Source: Candidatus Thorarchaeota archaeon (GTDB lineage: Archaea; Asgardarchaeota; Thorarchaeia; Thorarchaeales; Thorarchaeaceae). From it: a DNA stretch of 32,000 nt. The stretch lies in contig SHMX01000009.1 in assembly GCA_008080745.1 (NCBI GenBank), positions 42,381 through 74,380 on the forward strand. The letters are read 5' to 3'. The position numbers and the translations under genes were made by a program. The notes under the pieces were generated by a model. It ran no database searches. It was given only the letters and a program-made list of their open reading frames with translations, and was not told the DNA's origin. Shown here one piece after another: positions 8,999-18,448 of this stretch (the first letter of the stretch is position 1; each line of letters begins with the position of its first letter).

Positions 8999-10222
8999 AT
9001 GACATCATCAGAACGTAAAGAACAAGCAGAAGCAGCAAAAGATCGAAAAGCAACGTATGGGGCTGATATTGACCTTGATGAGTATCAATTCGGTGGTAAT
9101 CCACAAAAAATGGCGGCTGACCAGATATCTGAGGATGATAAAGATCTGGTGGAAGAGGTAGGATTCCGTACCGATCAGAAGGGTGTATCTGGCTCTTTTG
9201 CACAATTTGATAATGAAAGCATTCTTGCCGATGTACTGATGAGCCAAGAAGGGCTAGAAGTTATGCCCATTTCTCAAGCTCTTACGAAATATGATTGGTT
9301 ATCAGACTACTTATGGAACGCAGTTTCGGTAGATACAGACAAATATACTGCTAGGAGTGAACTTGAATCCTACGATGGCTACTTCATTAGGGCTTTGCCT
9401 GGTCAAAAGATTAGGATGCCCGTTCAAACTTGTCTTGTTATGAAGAAGAAGCAATTTGCACAAAACGTCCATAACATTCTCATTGCTGAAGAAGGTTCCG
9501 AATTACATATTGTGACTGGATGTGCTACCCCCTCCACTGTAGAGCAGTCTCTTCATCTGGGAGTGTCAGAGTTTTATGTGAAAAAGGACGCCCGAATGAC
9601 TTTTACCATGGTACACAAATGGAATGAGGCTGTTGATGTCCGACCGCGTTCTGCTGCCATAGTTCAAGAAAATGGCGTGTTCGTTTCTAGTTATGCTATA
9701 TTAAGTCCCATCAAATCCATTCAGACCTATCCAAAAGTTAGATTGGTTGGAAAGAACGCTCGAGCTGAGCTATACTCAGTTGTTTACGGTACAAAGGATT
9801 CTGTTTATGATATTGGTGGTTCTCTTATGTTAGAGGCTGAGGGCAGTAGCGGAAAGGTGATTTCCAGAACTATTGCTACAGAAAACTCCGAGATTATCGC
9901 AAGAGGCGATTTACAGGGACGGGTCGCAGGAGTGAAAGCTCGACTTGAATGTAATGGACTTTTGCTAAGCAAGTCTGCAAAAATTGTAGCTGTACCCGTT
10001 CTTGACGCATCTGCAGAAGGGGTAGAACTCAGTCATGAAGCCACCGTTGGAAAAGTAGGTGCTGATCAGCTGAATTATCTTATGAGTCGAGGTCTAACCG
10101 AAGATGAAGCAACTTCCCTAATTGTCCGAGGCTTCATTAAATTACAGGCTCCTGATTTACCTCCCGCACTTCAAAGGACGATTGATGAAGCTGTACAACT
10201 AACATTGGAACAAGGTCTCTGA
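8999..10222 (+). CDS. sufB: Fe-S scaffold SufB/SufD family protein (SmsB-type)
   Basis: QNVHNILIAEEGSELHIVTGC, ECNGLLL and SHEATVGK..QLNYLMSRGL.EDEA.SLIVRGF motifs. Confidence 0.92.
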   Translation: MTSSERKEQAEAAKDRKATYGADIDLDEYQFGGNPQKMAADQISEDDKDLVEEVGFRTDQKGVSGSFAQFDNESILADVLMSQEGLEVMPISQALTKYDWLSDYLWNAVSVDTDKYTARSELESYDGYFIRALPGQKIRMPVQTCLVMKKKQFAQNVHNILIAEEGSELHIVTGCATPSTVEQSLHLGVSEFYVKKDARMTFTMVHKWNEAVDVRPRSAAIVQENGVFVSSYAILSPIKSIQTYPKVRLVGKNARAELYSVVYGTKDSVYDIGGSLMLEAEGSSGKVISRTIATENSEIIARGDLQGRVAGVKARLECNGLLLSKSAKIVAVPVLDASAEGVELSHEATVGKVGADQLNYLMSRGLTEDEATSLIVRGFIKLQAPDLPPALQRTIDEAVQLTLEQGL

Positions 10223-10363
10223 TTCCCCTTGTTCTGTTGTTCAGTTATCACATTTGTCTACATACTCTCTATTCAGTACCTGTATTGATGGAGAAACTAG
10301 TGCAATCGTGTGAAGTATGTATCAATCTGGTGTAAGCAAAAAGAAGACTGGAGTAAGAGGTTC

Positions 10364-11662
10364 TTACTCTTCTTCTTTGGGAACTATCTCTTTCATGCCT
10401 GCTGGAAGGAATTTATGGAGTGCTTTTGGAATCTCTATTGAACCATCTTCCCTCTGATAGTTCTCCATAATCGCCACAATAGTTCTGGGGTTCGCCATCA
10501 TTGTATTATTTAGAGTATGAAGATAATCCTTTTCAGTTCCACCTTTTTCTATTCGATATTTTATGCCCAGTCGTACAGCTTGATATGATGTACAATTACT
10601 ACAAGATCCTACCTCTCTATATCGTTCCTGCCCAGGGAACCACGCTTCCAAATCGTATTTCTTTGAAGCAACTATTCCAATATCGCCTGTACAAACATTC
10701 ACTACCCGATATGGTATTTTTAGAGCTTGGAAAAACTCCTCCTCGTTTTTAAGCAGTTCTTCATGAATCTTCCAAGAATCATCCGGATGGCTAAACACGA
10801 ATTGTTCAACCTTGTTGAATTGATGTACTCGGAATATTCCTTTGGTGTCTTTGCCGTGACTTCCTGCTTCTTTTCTAAAACAAGCACTAACACCTGCTAG
10901 TTTGATTGGTAACTCGGTAGGTTCGAATATCTCTCCCATATACATTGCGGCCATCGGGTGCTCTGCTGTAGCAATTAGATATAGGTCCTCGTCTTCAATT
11001 TTATACATAACATCTCCAAAATCTGCAAGGTCCGTCACCCCCTCATAGGGCTCTCTTCGCATCATAAATGGGGGGTAAATCGGTGTGTAGCCCTTTTTTA
11101 CAAGTATCTGCAATGCCATTTGCTGCATAGCAAGATCCACCAGTACTAGTTCATTCTTTAGATAATAGAATCTTGAACCTGCAATTCTTGCAGCTCTTGG
11201 TATATCTGCAATGTCAAGTGGTTCTAAAAGATCAACATGACTCTGGATGTCGAAGTCAAAGGTTGGTCTTCCTCCCCATTCCCTAACCACTACATTGTCC
11301 TCTTCGTCCTCGCCATAAGGAACACTCTCATGGAGCAGATTTGGAATACTCATCTGAATCTCTAAGAGTTCGTTTTCCAGTTTCTCAGCTTCATCTTCTG
11401 TTAGTTTGATATCTTCATTTACTTTGTTAACCCTGTCAATTATCGATGATGCATCTCCTCCTGACTTCTTGATCTTGCCAACCTCTCTTGAGAGTTTATT
11501 TCTCTGTGTTCTCAAATCTTGAATCTCTCTTTTTAGTGCCCTAACTCTTTCATCCAAGTCAAGTAGTCTTTCAAAGTCTTCAAGTTTGGCAAAATCTCTT
11601 CTTTTTCTCAGATCCTTTTTAATCATGTCTGGATATTCACGAATGAATTTGATGTGTATCAT
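10364..11662 (-). CDS. serS: Seryl-tRNA synthetase (type 1)
   Basis: N-terminal coiled coil; IPNL.HESVP, LIATAEHP, FRKEAG..G.DT.GIFRVHQF.KVE, KYDLEAW and LHTLN motifs. Confidence 0.97.
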   Translation of the reverse strand: MIHIKFIREYPDMIKKDLRKRRDFAKLEDFERLLDLDERVRALKREIQDLRTQRNKLSREVGKIKKSGGDASSIIDRVNKVNEDIKLTEDEAEKLENELLEIQMSIPNLLHESVPYGEDEEDNVVVREWGGRPTFDFDIQSHVDLLEPLDIADIPRAARIAGSRFYYLKNELVLVDLAMQQMALQILVKKGYTPIYPPFMMRREPYEGVTDLADFGDVMYKIEDEDLYLIATAEHPMAAMYMGEIFEPTELPIKLAGVSACFRKEAGSHGKDTKGIFRVHQFNKVEQFVFSHPDDSWKIHEELLKNEEEFFQALKIPYRVVNVCTGDIGIVASKKYDLEAWFPGQERYREVGSCSNCTSYQAVRLGIKYRIEKGGTEKDYLHTLNNTMMANPRTIVAIMENYQREDGSIEIPKALHKFLPAGMKEIVPKEEE

Positions 11663-11746
11663 CAGATAATCTCCTTTGGATTATTCTATCAAGAGGTATG
11701 TATTGTGAGAAATCAAGTCCCTTTTCAGTTTCACGTCTTGACTATA

Positions 11747-12385
11747 TTATTGAATCTTTGCAGAGGGACAGAGATGATTTACAGTACAATTTTTACAGTC
11801 TGGAGACCGAGCATGACATGTCTGTCTACCATGGGCCCCCATTAGTCTAGCATATTCATACCATTGGTTTTTTGCTATCAGATCCATCAGATCTTGTTCT
11901 ATTTTTTTTGGATATTTTTCTTGAGTGAAACCGAGTCTTTGAGATACTCTCTTGACATGTGTATCCACTACTATCCCCTCCTGGATATCAAATGCTACGG
12001 AGAGTACAACATTAGCAGTCTTTCTGGATACGCCTTTCAATTTCACCAAATCAGTCATATTACGTGGAATCTCTCCGTTGAATTCCTCCACGATGGTTTT
12101 TGCACTACTTATGATGTATTCGGATTTTCGATTGTATGTCCCACAAGGTCTAATCAGCTCGATAACATCATTTTTAGATGCATTCATGAGGTCTTTAGGT
12201 GTTGGATATCTCTCGAAAAGTTTTGGTGTTATTTTGTTAACACAGGCATCTGCAGTGTGAGCAGATAATATTGTAGCTATCGTTAACTGGTAAGGGTTAT
12301 CCCATCTAAGATATGTTTTAGGCGCATCTGGATATGTGCTATCAAGAATTTGTATAACTTTTTGAACTCGCTTCTCATCATCCAT
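11747..12385 (-). CDS. nth: Endonuclease III (HhH-GPD DNA glycosylase/AP lyase)
   Basis: LKGVSRKTANVVL HhH with Lys, VVDTHVKRVS.RLG, and C-x6-C-x2-C-x5-C [4Fe-4S] motif. Confidence 0.95.
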   Translation of the reverse strand: MDDEKRVQKVIQILDSTYPDAPKTYLRWDNPYQLTIATILSAHTADACVNKITPKLFERYPTPKDLMNASKNDVIELIRPCGTYNRKSEYIISSAKTIVEEFNGEIPRNMTDLVKLKGVSRKTANVVLSVAFDIQEGIVVDTHVKRVSQRLGFTQEKYPKKIEQDLMDLIAKNQWYEYARLMGAHGRQTCHARSPDCKNCTVNHLCPSAKIQ

Positions 12386-12442
12386 TACAATCTCTCAGCC
12401 TACGTTTAGGTGATGTAACGGTTTATTGAATACCATGATAAA

Positions 12443-13828
12443 TCAGTCGTTTGTGCTTTGGTTATTTTCAAGAGGCACCTTACATATCACTGCAATTATT
12501 ATTAGATTCAATCCAATCACCACTAAAAATAACATAATGGGACTAAAGTATGTGAAGAGAAAACCTCCTATAGAAGGCGCGATAGCACTTGCGAGATAAC
12601 CAACAATAGTCACCACTCCTAATGTTTTGGCTGTATCTTCTTTTGGTAGATTCTTTTGAATAATTGCAAAGATGATTACTCCCCATAAGATATCATTTAA
12701 TGACTTGAGGGTAAGGGCCAAAAACGGTGTAGTGAAAATAACTTCGAGGCCAAATATTAGATTAAGAGATGAAATGCTGAAAAATGGTATCCATATTGGG
12801 ATCACGGGTGCGATGATGAGTAACATAGCGCAAATAGGCATGATGACATAGACTCGCATAGCTGCCTTCTTGATGCCTTCTTTATCTGTGAATCTGCCTA
12901 TTTTCAGAAGTAGAGGGATTGAAACAAAAAGAGGAAGCAATACCATTAGATTGATAGAATCTACGGATACACCCAGAAATTCGTTTGTGTAAATTAGGGC
13001 TGCAAAACGGAACAAGTTGTCACTTGTAGCATCAAGCGCCATAATGATGAGAACTCCTGGCATTACTTTCATAGCTAAAACTGCTGCGCGTTTATTCTCG
13101 CTGACAAAATCCCTCAAAATAGACATCTTGTGCGAAATTTTTGGCTTCTCACCCCCTTCAAGGTATTTTGCTCTTATGCAACTACAAAGTAGAAGTAAGA
13201 CTCCACCAGTTATGTAAATGAGTCTGAATCCGTCAACGAACCCTATGATTGGGATTAACATACCAAAAACAAGAAGTGTAACTATCCCAAGAGCACTACC
13301 TACCTTGAACATCGAAATTGCCAATCCACCATGATTCTTTGGAATGTTTTCCATTATGTATGCAGAGGATCCTCCTCGGGCAATATCTTGCATTGAGAAT
13401 ACCAATAATGCTCCAAATACCATGAAAAACTCCGTGGATATTCCCATCATCACATAGTGAATCCCCATCATGACCATGGCCATAACAGATAGCATTCTTC
13501 TATCCATAGTGTCTCCTACATATCCACTCAGAAACCGTGTTACTGTTATTGCAAGAATAGCTATAGAACTGACTATCCCTATGGTCATATAGTCCCAGCC
13601 AATATAACGTAGGTAGAGATTCAGATAGACCTGCATGACGAAAAAGGCATTGAACACCCATGCCGTACCAACATAGATTCTATAATTCTTCCAGCCAAAA
13701 ATATCTCGTAAAGCTTCACGAAAACTTGCATCTTCCTTTTCTCTTTCTGGAATGGACTCGCCCGGAATTGGTGCTTTTGAGTCATTCTTAATGGGTTTTT
13801 GTATTGTTTCTTGTGCAAGTTCTGTCAT
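12443..13828 (-). CDS. MFS transporter
   Basis: About 12 TM; GYVGDTMDRR and GRFTDKEGIKK motif-A-like loops in both halves. Confidence 0.88.
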   Translation of the reverse strand: MTELAQETIQKPIKNDSKAPIPGESIPEREKEDASFREALRDIFGWKNYRIYVGTAWVFNAFFVMQVYLNLYLRYIGWDYMTIGIVSSIAILAITVTRFLSGYVGDTMDRRMLSVMAMVMMGIHYVMMGISTEFFMVFGALLVFSMQDIARGGSSAYIMENIPKNHGGLAISMFKVGSALGIVTLLVFGMLIPIIGFVDGFRLIYITGGVLLLLCSCIRAKYLEGGEKPKISHKMSILRDFVSENKRAAVLAMKVMPGVLIIMALDATSDNLFRFAALIYTNEFLGVSVDSINLMVLLPLFVSIPLLLKIGRFTDKEGIKKAAMRVYVIMPICAMLLIIAPVIPIWIPFFSISSLNLIFGLEVIFTTPFLALTLKSLNDILWGVIIFAIIQKNLPKEDTAKTLGVVTIVGYLASAIAPSIGGFLFTYFSPIMLFLVVIGLNLIIIAVICKVPLENNQSTND

Positions 13829-13950
13829 ATTGCTGTCAGTTCCAAAGTTGATGCTTACGGATGGTTAACTAGATTATCTGAAAGCTCATGATTGAGTCTG
13901 ACTTGAACTATTTATGCTCCACTCGCTAGATCAATCCAAAATTTGAGAAC

Positions 13951-13974
13951 CCCAGGAGAGATTCCTCTCCTGGG
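13951..13974 (-). terminator. Perfect 10-bp GC-rich hairpin downstream of the small-ORF cluster
   Basis: CCCAGGAGAG-ATTC-CTCTCCTGGG, 16 nt past the stop of the 84-aa ORF. Confidence 0.55.
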
Positions 13975-13989
13975 TCTATCTAATTATGT

Positions 13990-14244
13990 TCAGTTGTCAA
14001 AAACTATTATCTGTACATCACCATTCTTTTTTGGCATTGCTAGCAATCGATGAGTGCAAATATCTGCAGTCAGAATTAGGCATTCTGGTGAAGAATTCGA
14101 TGCCATCAGATTCTTCACAGCAAGTTCTAGATTCAAAGCTACCAATCTAACAACTTCTGGGTCCTCATAGATATCGATTTCTCTTCCATTTTCTTGCATA
14201 TCCGCACTAAGGATTGGATCCAATGCTAGGTCCGATCTTATCAT
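13990..14244 (-). CDS. Small hypothetical protein (84 aa)
   Basis: ATG with GGAGTGA RBS; globular composition; terminator hairpin downstream. Confidence 0.75.
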   Translation of the reverse strand: MIRSDLALDPILSADMQENGREIDIYEDPEVVRLVALNLELAVKNLMASNSSPECLILTADICTHRLLAMPKKNGDVQIIVFDN

Positions 14245-14306
14245 TTAATCACTCCATTTTTCTTCTTTTTCTCGTTTTCACTTCTTACCATGGCTCAGTT
14301 TCTGGA

Positions 14307-14561
14307 TCATCTTCTGGATACATCTTCTTCTCTCCTCCATTCAAAATTTTGTACCCCGAACAGGTAATCGAACAGCAAACCCGCAGGTGTCATATACACA
14401 TTAACACAATCTGATGATTTACTTCAGAAGGGACAGGTTTCTTCACACGGGACTTGCACGATTCTTGCAATGCCCTTAACTATCCCAATAGAAATCAATC
14501 GTAGAAGAGCACGATTTTGTGTCATCTCTTCGTACGCGGATTTGATATGATCAATCGCTAT
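14307..14561 (-). other. Unannotated 84-codon reading frame with ATA start and in-frame TGA in a Cys cluster (candidate selenoprotein or pseudogene)
   Basis: GGAGGTGA RBS 6 nt before ATA; frame reads ...VPCEETCPF(TGA)SKSSDCVNVYMTPAG... and continues open to a TGA at 14307-14309. Confidence 0.45.
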
Positions 14562-14815
14562 TTCTGTTCACCTCCTCCGATTACCTCTCCGGAGCTACCG
14601 TATTCTTCTTGGCTAGGGTCTTTTATCCCTTCCAAGAATCGTGTTACACTAGAATAGAGGGTTTCTGATACTATAATGAGTCGATTATCACCACTCCTTG
14701 AAATAATGGGCAGAAACAGCCTCTCCATGATGTCTGTGAAGGCATTAAAATAAACGTGATCTTGAACATTAGCAATGGGACAATTTATATGAATGATGTC
14801 TAAACAAATGGCCAT
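14558..14815 (-). CDS. Small hypothetical protein (start uncertain, 56-85 aa)
   Basis: ORF whose TAG overlaps the ATA of the next frame; no clear RBS. Confidence 0.4.
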   Translation of the reverse strand: MAICLDIIHINCPIANVQDHVYFNAFTDIMERLFLPIISRSGDNRLIIVSETLYSSVTRFLEGIKDPSQEEYGSSGEVIGGGEQK

Positions 14816-14858
14816 CTAAGGTGGTTGTACCATTACTACATTTCTTTCCTCTGCAGAA

Positions 14859-15896
14859 TTGAAATTACTCAATCGTGTTGCATTGGACCCCGCTCAAAGG
14901 AAGAGTTCTCTCTCTAAACAGCTAGGAGTTACTCGTTCTGCTGTAAACCAGATATGGACACGACTAGAAGAGCGAAATAATCTCTCCGTACGGAGCATGA
15001 TTGATTATGGAAAAATTGGTCTTATTCCAGTCATGGGGTTAGTATCAACACATGATGAACCACAAAAGCTCAAAGAACTTAGTGGGTGGTTTCAAAACAA
15101 TCCCTTTGTTGTATCTCTTAACGTGTCAACTGTTGCCGCATCTGTTGAGTCAGTTCTTCTATTTGAAGCTATTTTTCCTGTTGGTCCACAATTATCAAAA
15201 TTCAAATCGTATATTGAAACATCGAAAGAATCTGAATCCACATCTGCATTCATATCCCCCATAACTCATCAGGACTATACTCTCAATATTGGAAACTTTA
15301 GTGGGTCTCAATGGGATCTTGCTGACCCCTTTCGACTTGAAGCTGTAATTAGTGCTACTAAAAAATTTGCAGATGTACTTCCAGAGGATTTACCAATGGC
15401 AATCAGCCCTCCTGTTTCAGGTGATGTGGAATCTGCAATTATTGTAGGGGCACTTGAGAATAGTTATTTTGCAACTACAAATGAGGTCTTGACCCTATTT
15501 CGAAAACTAAAGTTTCCACACCCATCAGGTCGCACAATACGTCGCAGAATGAAGACACTCAGAAAGAGTATTGTACAACCCTACGTTGACATCGACGGAT
15601 TGGGTCTGACACAAAAAGTAGCATTGGTGGTTAAAGCCTCGCCAACCTCGGACATAGTAAAAACCCTGATTGCGCAATCTACTAGTTTTCCGAAAACCTG
15701 GGTAGCATGTGGTACTTCCTTGACCCTAATCTATCTTGATTTACCTCCGTCCGTTGATTGGTTTGCTATTTCAACAACTCTTTCAATCCTTGACTCATCC
15801 GGCTCTATCATCTCTCCCTTCATAATTTCAGATGGCTTGATTAGAAAAGGCTTAGAAGGGGTATTGCCTTCTCTTATTCATAAAAATCATACTTAA
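14859..15896 (+). CDS. Tandem (double) Lrp/AsnC-like transcriptional regulator
   Basis: N-terminal HTH (SLSKQLGVTRSAVNQIWTRLEE..IDYGKIGL) and a second HTH (SGRTIRRRMKTLR..VDIDGLGL), each followed by an alpha/beta segment. Confidence 0.7.
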   Translation: MKLLNRVALDPAQRKSSLSKQLGVTRSAVNQIWTRLEERNNLSVRSMIDYGKIGLIPVMGLVSTHDEPQKLKELSGWFQNNPFVVSLNVSTVAASVESVLLFEAIFPVGPQLSKFKSYIETSKESESTSAFISPITHQDYTLNIGNFSGSQWDLADPFRLEAVISATKKFADVLPEDLPMAISPPVSGDVESAIIVGALENSYFATTNEVLTLFRKLKFPHPSGRTIRRRMKTLRKSIVQPYVDIDGLGLTQKVALVVKASPTSDIVKTLIAQSTSFPKTWVACGTSLTLIYLDLPPSVDWFAISTTLSILDSSGSIISPFIISDGLIRKGLEGVLPSLIHKNHT

Positions 15897-15915
15897 CATA
15901 TAGTGAGACGAGGTT

Positions 15916-17364
15916 ATGCCCTTGTCAAAAAGAGGGAAAAAAGAATTGACAACTGATAGTCTTCCGGAAAACTACAGTACCCCCTATGACCATCTTATCC
16001 CCTCTGTTGAAGATCCCTCTGCAAATTTCTATCTTGATTTGATGAGAATCTATCTAGCAATATATTCTGGAACGCTCTCCCTAGAAGATGCCGTTAGGAT
16101 TTTTGAAAAACAAAAATCAAATCCCGAATCTGTAAAAGTGCTAATCGATCCTACAATCATCCCTCTTCGAGAAACATATATCAGAAAGATACTATCCAAC
16201 CTCGAAACTTTACAGAAATATGAATTGAAGTCTCTCGATGCAATTCGTTCAGCTTTCAATTTTGCTTTCTTAATGGAAGAATCACCTATTTCTCCTCTCG
16301 ATCTTGACATGCTGAAATACTTCCTGAAGAACCCTCTAAGTACTATATCAAAAGCTGCCTCCATGCTATCTGTAGCTTCAAGAACGGTTTCACGTGCACT
16401 AAAGAGGCTTAGAGAGAGGCATTCTGTTCGCTTTCAATCCCTGCATGATCCAAGTGCATTTGGTGTCCAGTCAGCTTTATTCTTCTTTCGCCTCCAGAAT
16501 ACTGTGTCTTGGGATTTTGTTGAAGATGGATTAGCCAGATTTCCTCATACGAAATCCATGCTTAAGACCCCCATGTCTGATTATGGATATGCAACTTTCA
16601 TGTTTCCATATAGTTCCTCTAACTTGTCACGTTTTCTTAGCAGTATAGAACAACTTCAGGATGAAACCTTTGAACATACAAGTGTACACCTCATGCGTGC
16701 TTCGGGCACCCATTTTAACATGGATTTGTTCTCAAACGAGCAATGGAGATTTCCTGACCAAGCTACTGGTTTTCTACATCCGGGTGCTCCATTACCTACT
16801 GGAATCGAACCTTCACTTTTGTATTGTAAAGGGAGAAACCCAAAGGTAGCACCCTATGATTTTGAAATAATTTCCCAATATCGTCTTGATATTCGTGCAT
16901 CTCCAAGTACTATCCAGAAATTCCTCTCTCTTCGAAATATAGAATATGATGTACGTTACATATCCCGATCAATTAAGAGATGTAGACGCAACAATTTGCT
17001 ATTACCTAATGTTTCCTGGGGTAGTCTCGGACTACCAAATAACTTCTGCTTCGAGATTCTTTGTAATGGTGAATGGGTACAACGAATAACTCATGCACTT
17101 GAATTATTCCCAAATAGCCTCTCATATATTTCAGACCGTGGTATTGTTATTTGGATTCAGGTACCTGGATACCATCAGGTGGATTATTATCAAATGATAC
17201 GCAATCTGGAGCGTTATGAGAGCGTAGAATCTGTTGAATCGATTATGACCCTCAAGCAGAAGGGTTCACGTTCTACATTAGACTTGCTGAAAAACTGGAG
17301 AATAGAAAAAGGGGAATGGACTACTAATCCCGATAGTTTAGATCTTGGAGAATACATTTGCTAA
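15916..17364 (+). CDS. Tandem (double) Lrp/AsnC-like transcriptional regulator with N-terminal extension
   Basis: HTH1 TISKAASMLSVASRTVSRALKRLRE..DPSAFGV; HTH2 VRYISRSIKRCRRNNLL..SWGSLGL. Confidence 0.7.
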   Translation: MPLSKRGKKELTTDSLPENYSTPYDHLIPSVEDPSANFYLDLMRIYLAIYSGTLSLEDAVRIFEKQKSNPESVKVLIDPTIIPLRETYIRKILSNLETLQKYELKSLDAIRSAFNFAFLMEESPISPLDLDMLKYFLKNPLSTISKAASMLSVASRTVSRALKRLRERHSVRFQSLHDPSAFGVQSALFFFRLQNTVSWDFVEDGLARFPHTKSMLKTPMSDYGYATFMFPYSSSNLSRFLSSIEQLQDETFEHTSVHLMRASGTHFNMDLFSNEQWRFPDQATGFLHPGAPLPTGIEPSLLYCKGRNPKVAPYDFEIISQYRLDIRASPSTIQKFLSLRNIEYDVRYISRSIKRCRRNNLLLPNVSWGSLGLPNNFCFEILCNGEWVQRITHALELFPNSLSYISDRGIVIWIQVPGYHQVDYYQMIRNLERYESVESVESIMTLKQKGSRSTLDLLKNWRIEKGEWTTNPDSLDLGEYIC

Positions 17365-18353
17365 TCTTTGCTCTTCATTCGATATTCAAGTTCCTTAAAC
17401 ACCTCTGATGTAGCTTTCCGCCAATCGCCTACAAAAGGAGGTCCAAAAACAACTTCATTTACTCCCATTTTCCAAAGATCTTCGTATTGGTCTATCATAT
17501 GGTCTGGTGTTCCACTGATAGCAAATGTATCAAGAATTTCCGCTGTTATTAGTGATACTCCTGCTTCAGCTCCATTCTTTTCTACAGCTTGCCTAATCTT
17601 TTCAATTCTGTCTCTATCAATATCAAGCTTATCTGTCACACTCTCAGGTGTATCTGCAATTATCAAGGACACCACTCTTTTTGCTAGTTTGTTGTCCTCG
17701 GTTTGTGATGTTGGGATGGTAGCTAACCAGACCACTTTGTATGGTGGAGACCTATTATTCTTCTGCGCTGATTGATTAACGGATTTGATTGCATCTCTCA
17801 AATACCCTCTAGGGCCGGATAGAATCACCCCGTCTGCATATTCCCCTGCTAATTTCAGCATCTGGGGTCCGCGCACTCCAAGAAAAATTGGCACTTCTTC
17901 AAGTTTTTTCATCCTTAGTTTAAACCCATCAAGATGAAAATATGCGTTTTTGATCGTTACAATTTCTCCTCTCCACAGAGACCGCAATGTTTCAATAGCG
18001 TCTTCTAAAGCAGAAACTGGTTTCTCCAAGGAGATTCCCTTTTTCTTAAGATCCTGAATTCCTCCAATACCAATTCCTAGAATGAACTTTCCTTCATTTA
18101 GTTCGTTAAGTGTGATTGCCGCTCTAGCAATTGTCGAGATGTTATGAATGGTAATTGGAACTATTGCGGTACCGACCTGGACATTCTCTGATTGTACTAT
18201 TGATGCGCTTGTGAGAGAGTATATTTCCTGTCCCAGATCGATATCCTCTCCTATCCATATTCTATGAGCTCCAAGATCCTGAGCATTCTTTGCAATCCAT
18301 GATGTTGCGGATAGATGCATATTTGTTGTTATTCCCAAGCTTACTCCTTTCAT
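17361..18353 (-). CDS. LLM-class (luciferase-like) oxidoreductase, Mer-like (F420-dependent methylene-H4MPT reductase family)
   Basis: IWIGED, VQVGTAIV, FILGIGIGG, PIFLGVRGPQMLKLAGEYADGVIL and AISGTPD motifs. Confidence 0.85.
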   Translation of the reverse strand: MKGVSLGITTNMHLSATSWIAKNAQDLGAHRIWIGEDIDLGQEIYSLTSASIVQSENVQVGTAIVPITIHNISTIARAAITLNELNEGKFILGIGIGGIQDLKKKGISLEKPVSALEDAIETLRSLWRGEIVTIKNAYFHLDGFKLRMKKLEEVPIFLGVRGPQMLKLAGEYADGVILSGPRGYLRDAIKSVNQSAQKNNRSPPYKVVWLATIPTSQTEDNKLAKRVVSLIIADTPESVTDKLDIDRDRIEKIRQAVEKNGAEAGVSLITAEILDTFAISGTPDHMIDQYEDLWKMGVNEVVFGPPFVGDWRKATSEVFKELEYRMKSKD

Positions 18354-18448
18354 TTTCACTCATACTATTCATACATACCAGTTAGATAATTCATTCCATC
18401 CAATACGTAGATATTTCTGTGTACGTTCCATCATCATTCTGATGAATA

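Noticed and set aside
13830-13920. Possible eukaryote-type SECIS (ATGA-N10-AA...AAGC) downstream of the small-ORF cluster
   Set aside because: It lacks the 3' GA of the kink-turn quartet and helix II pairs poorly; not supportable by eye.
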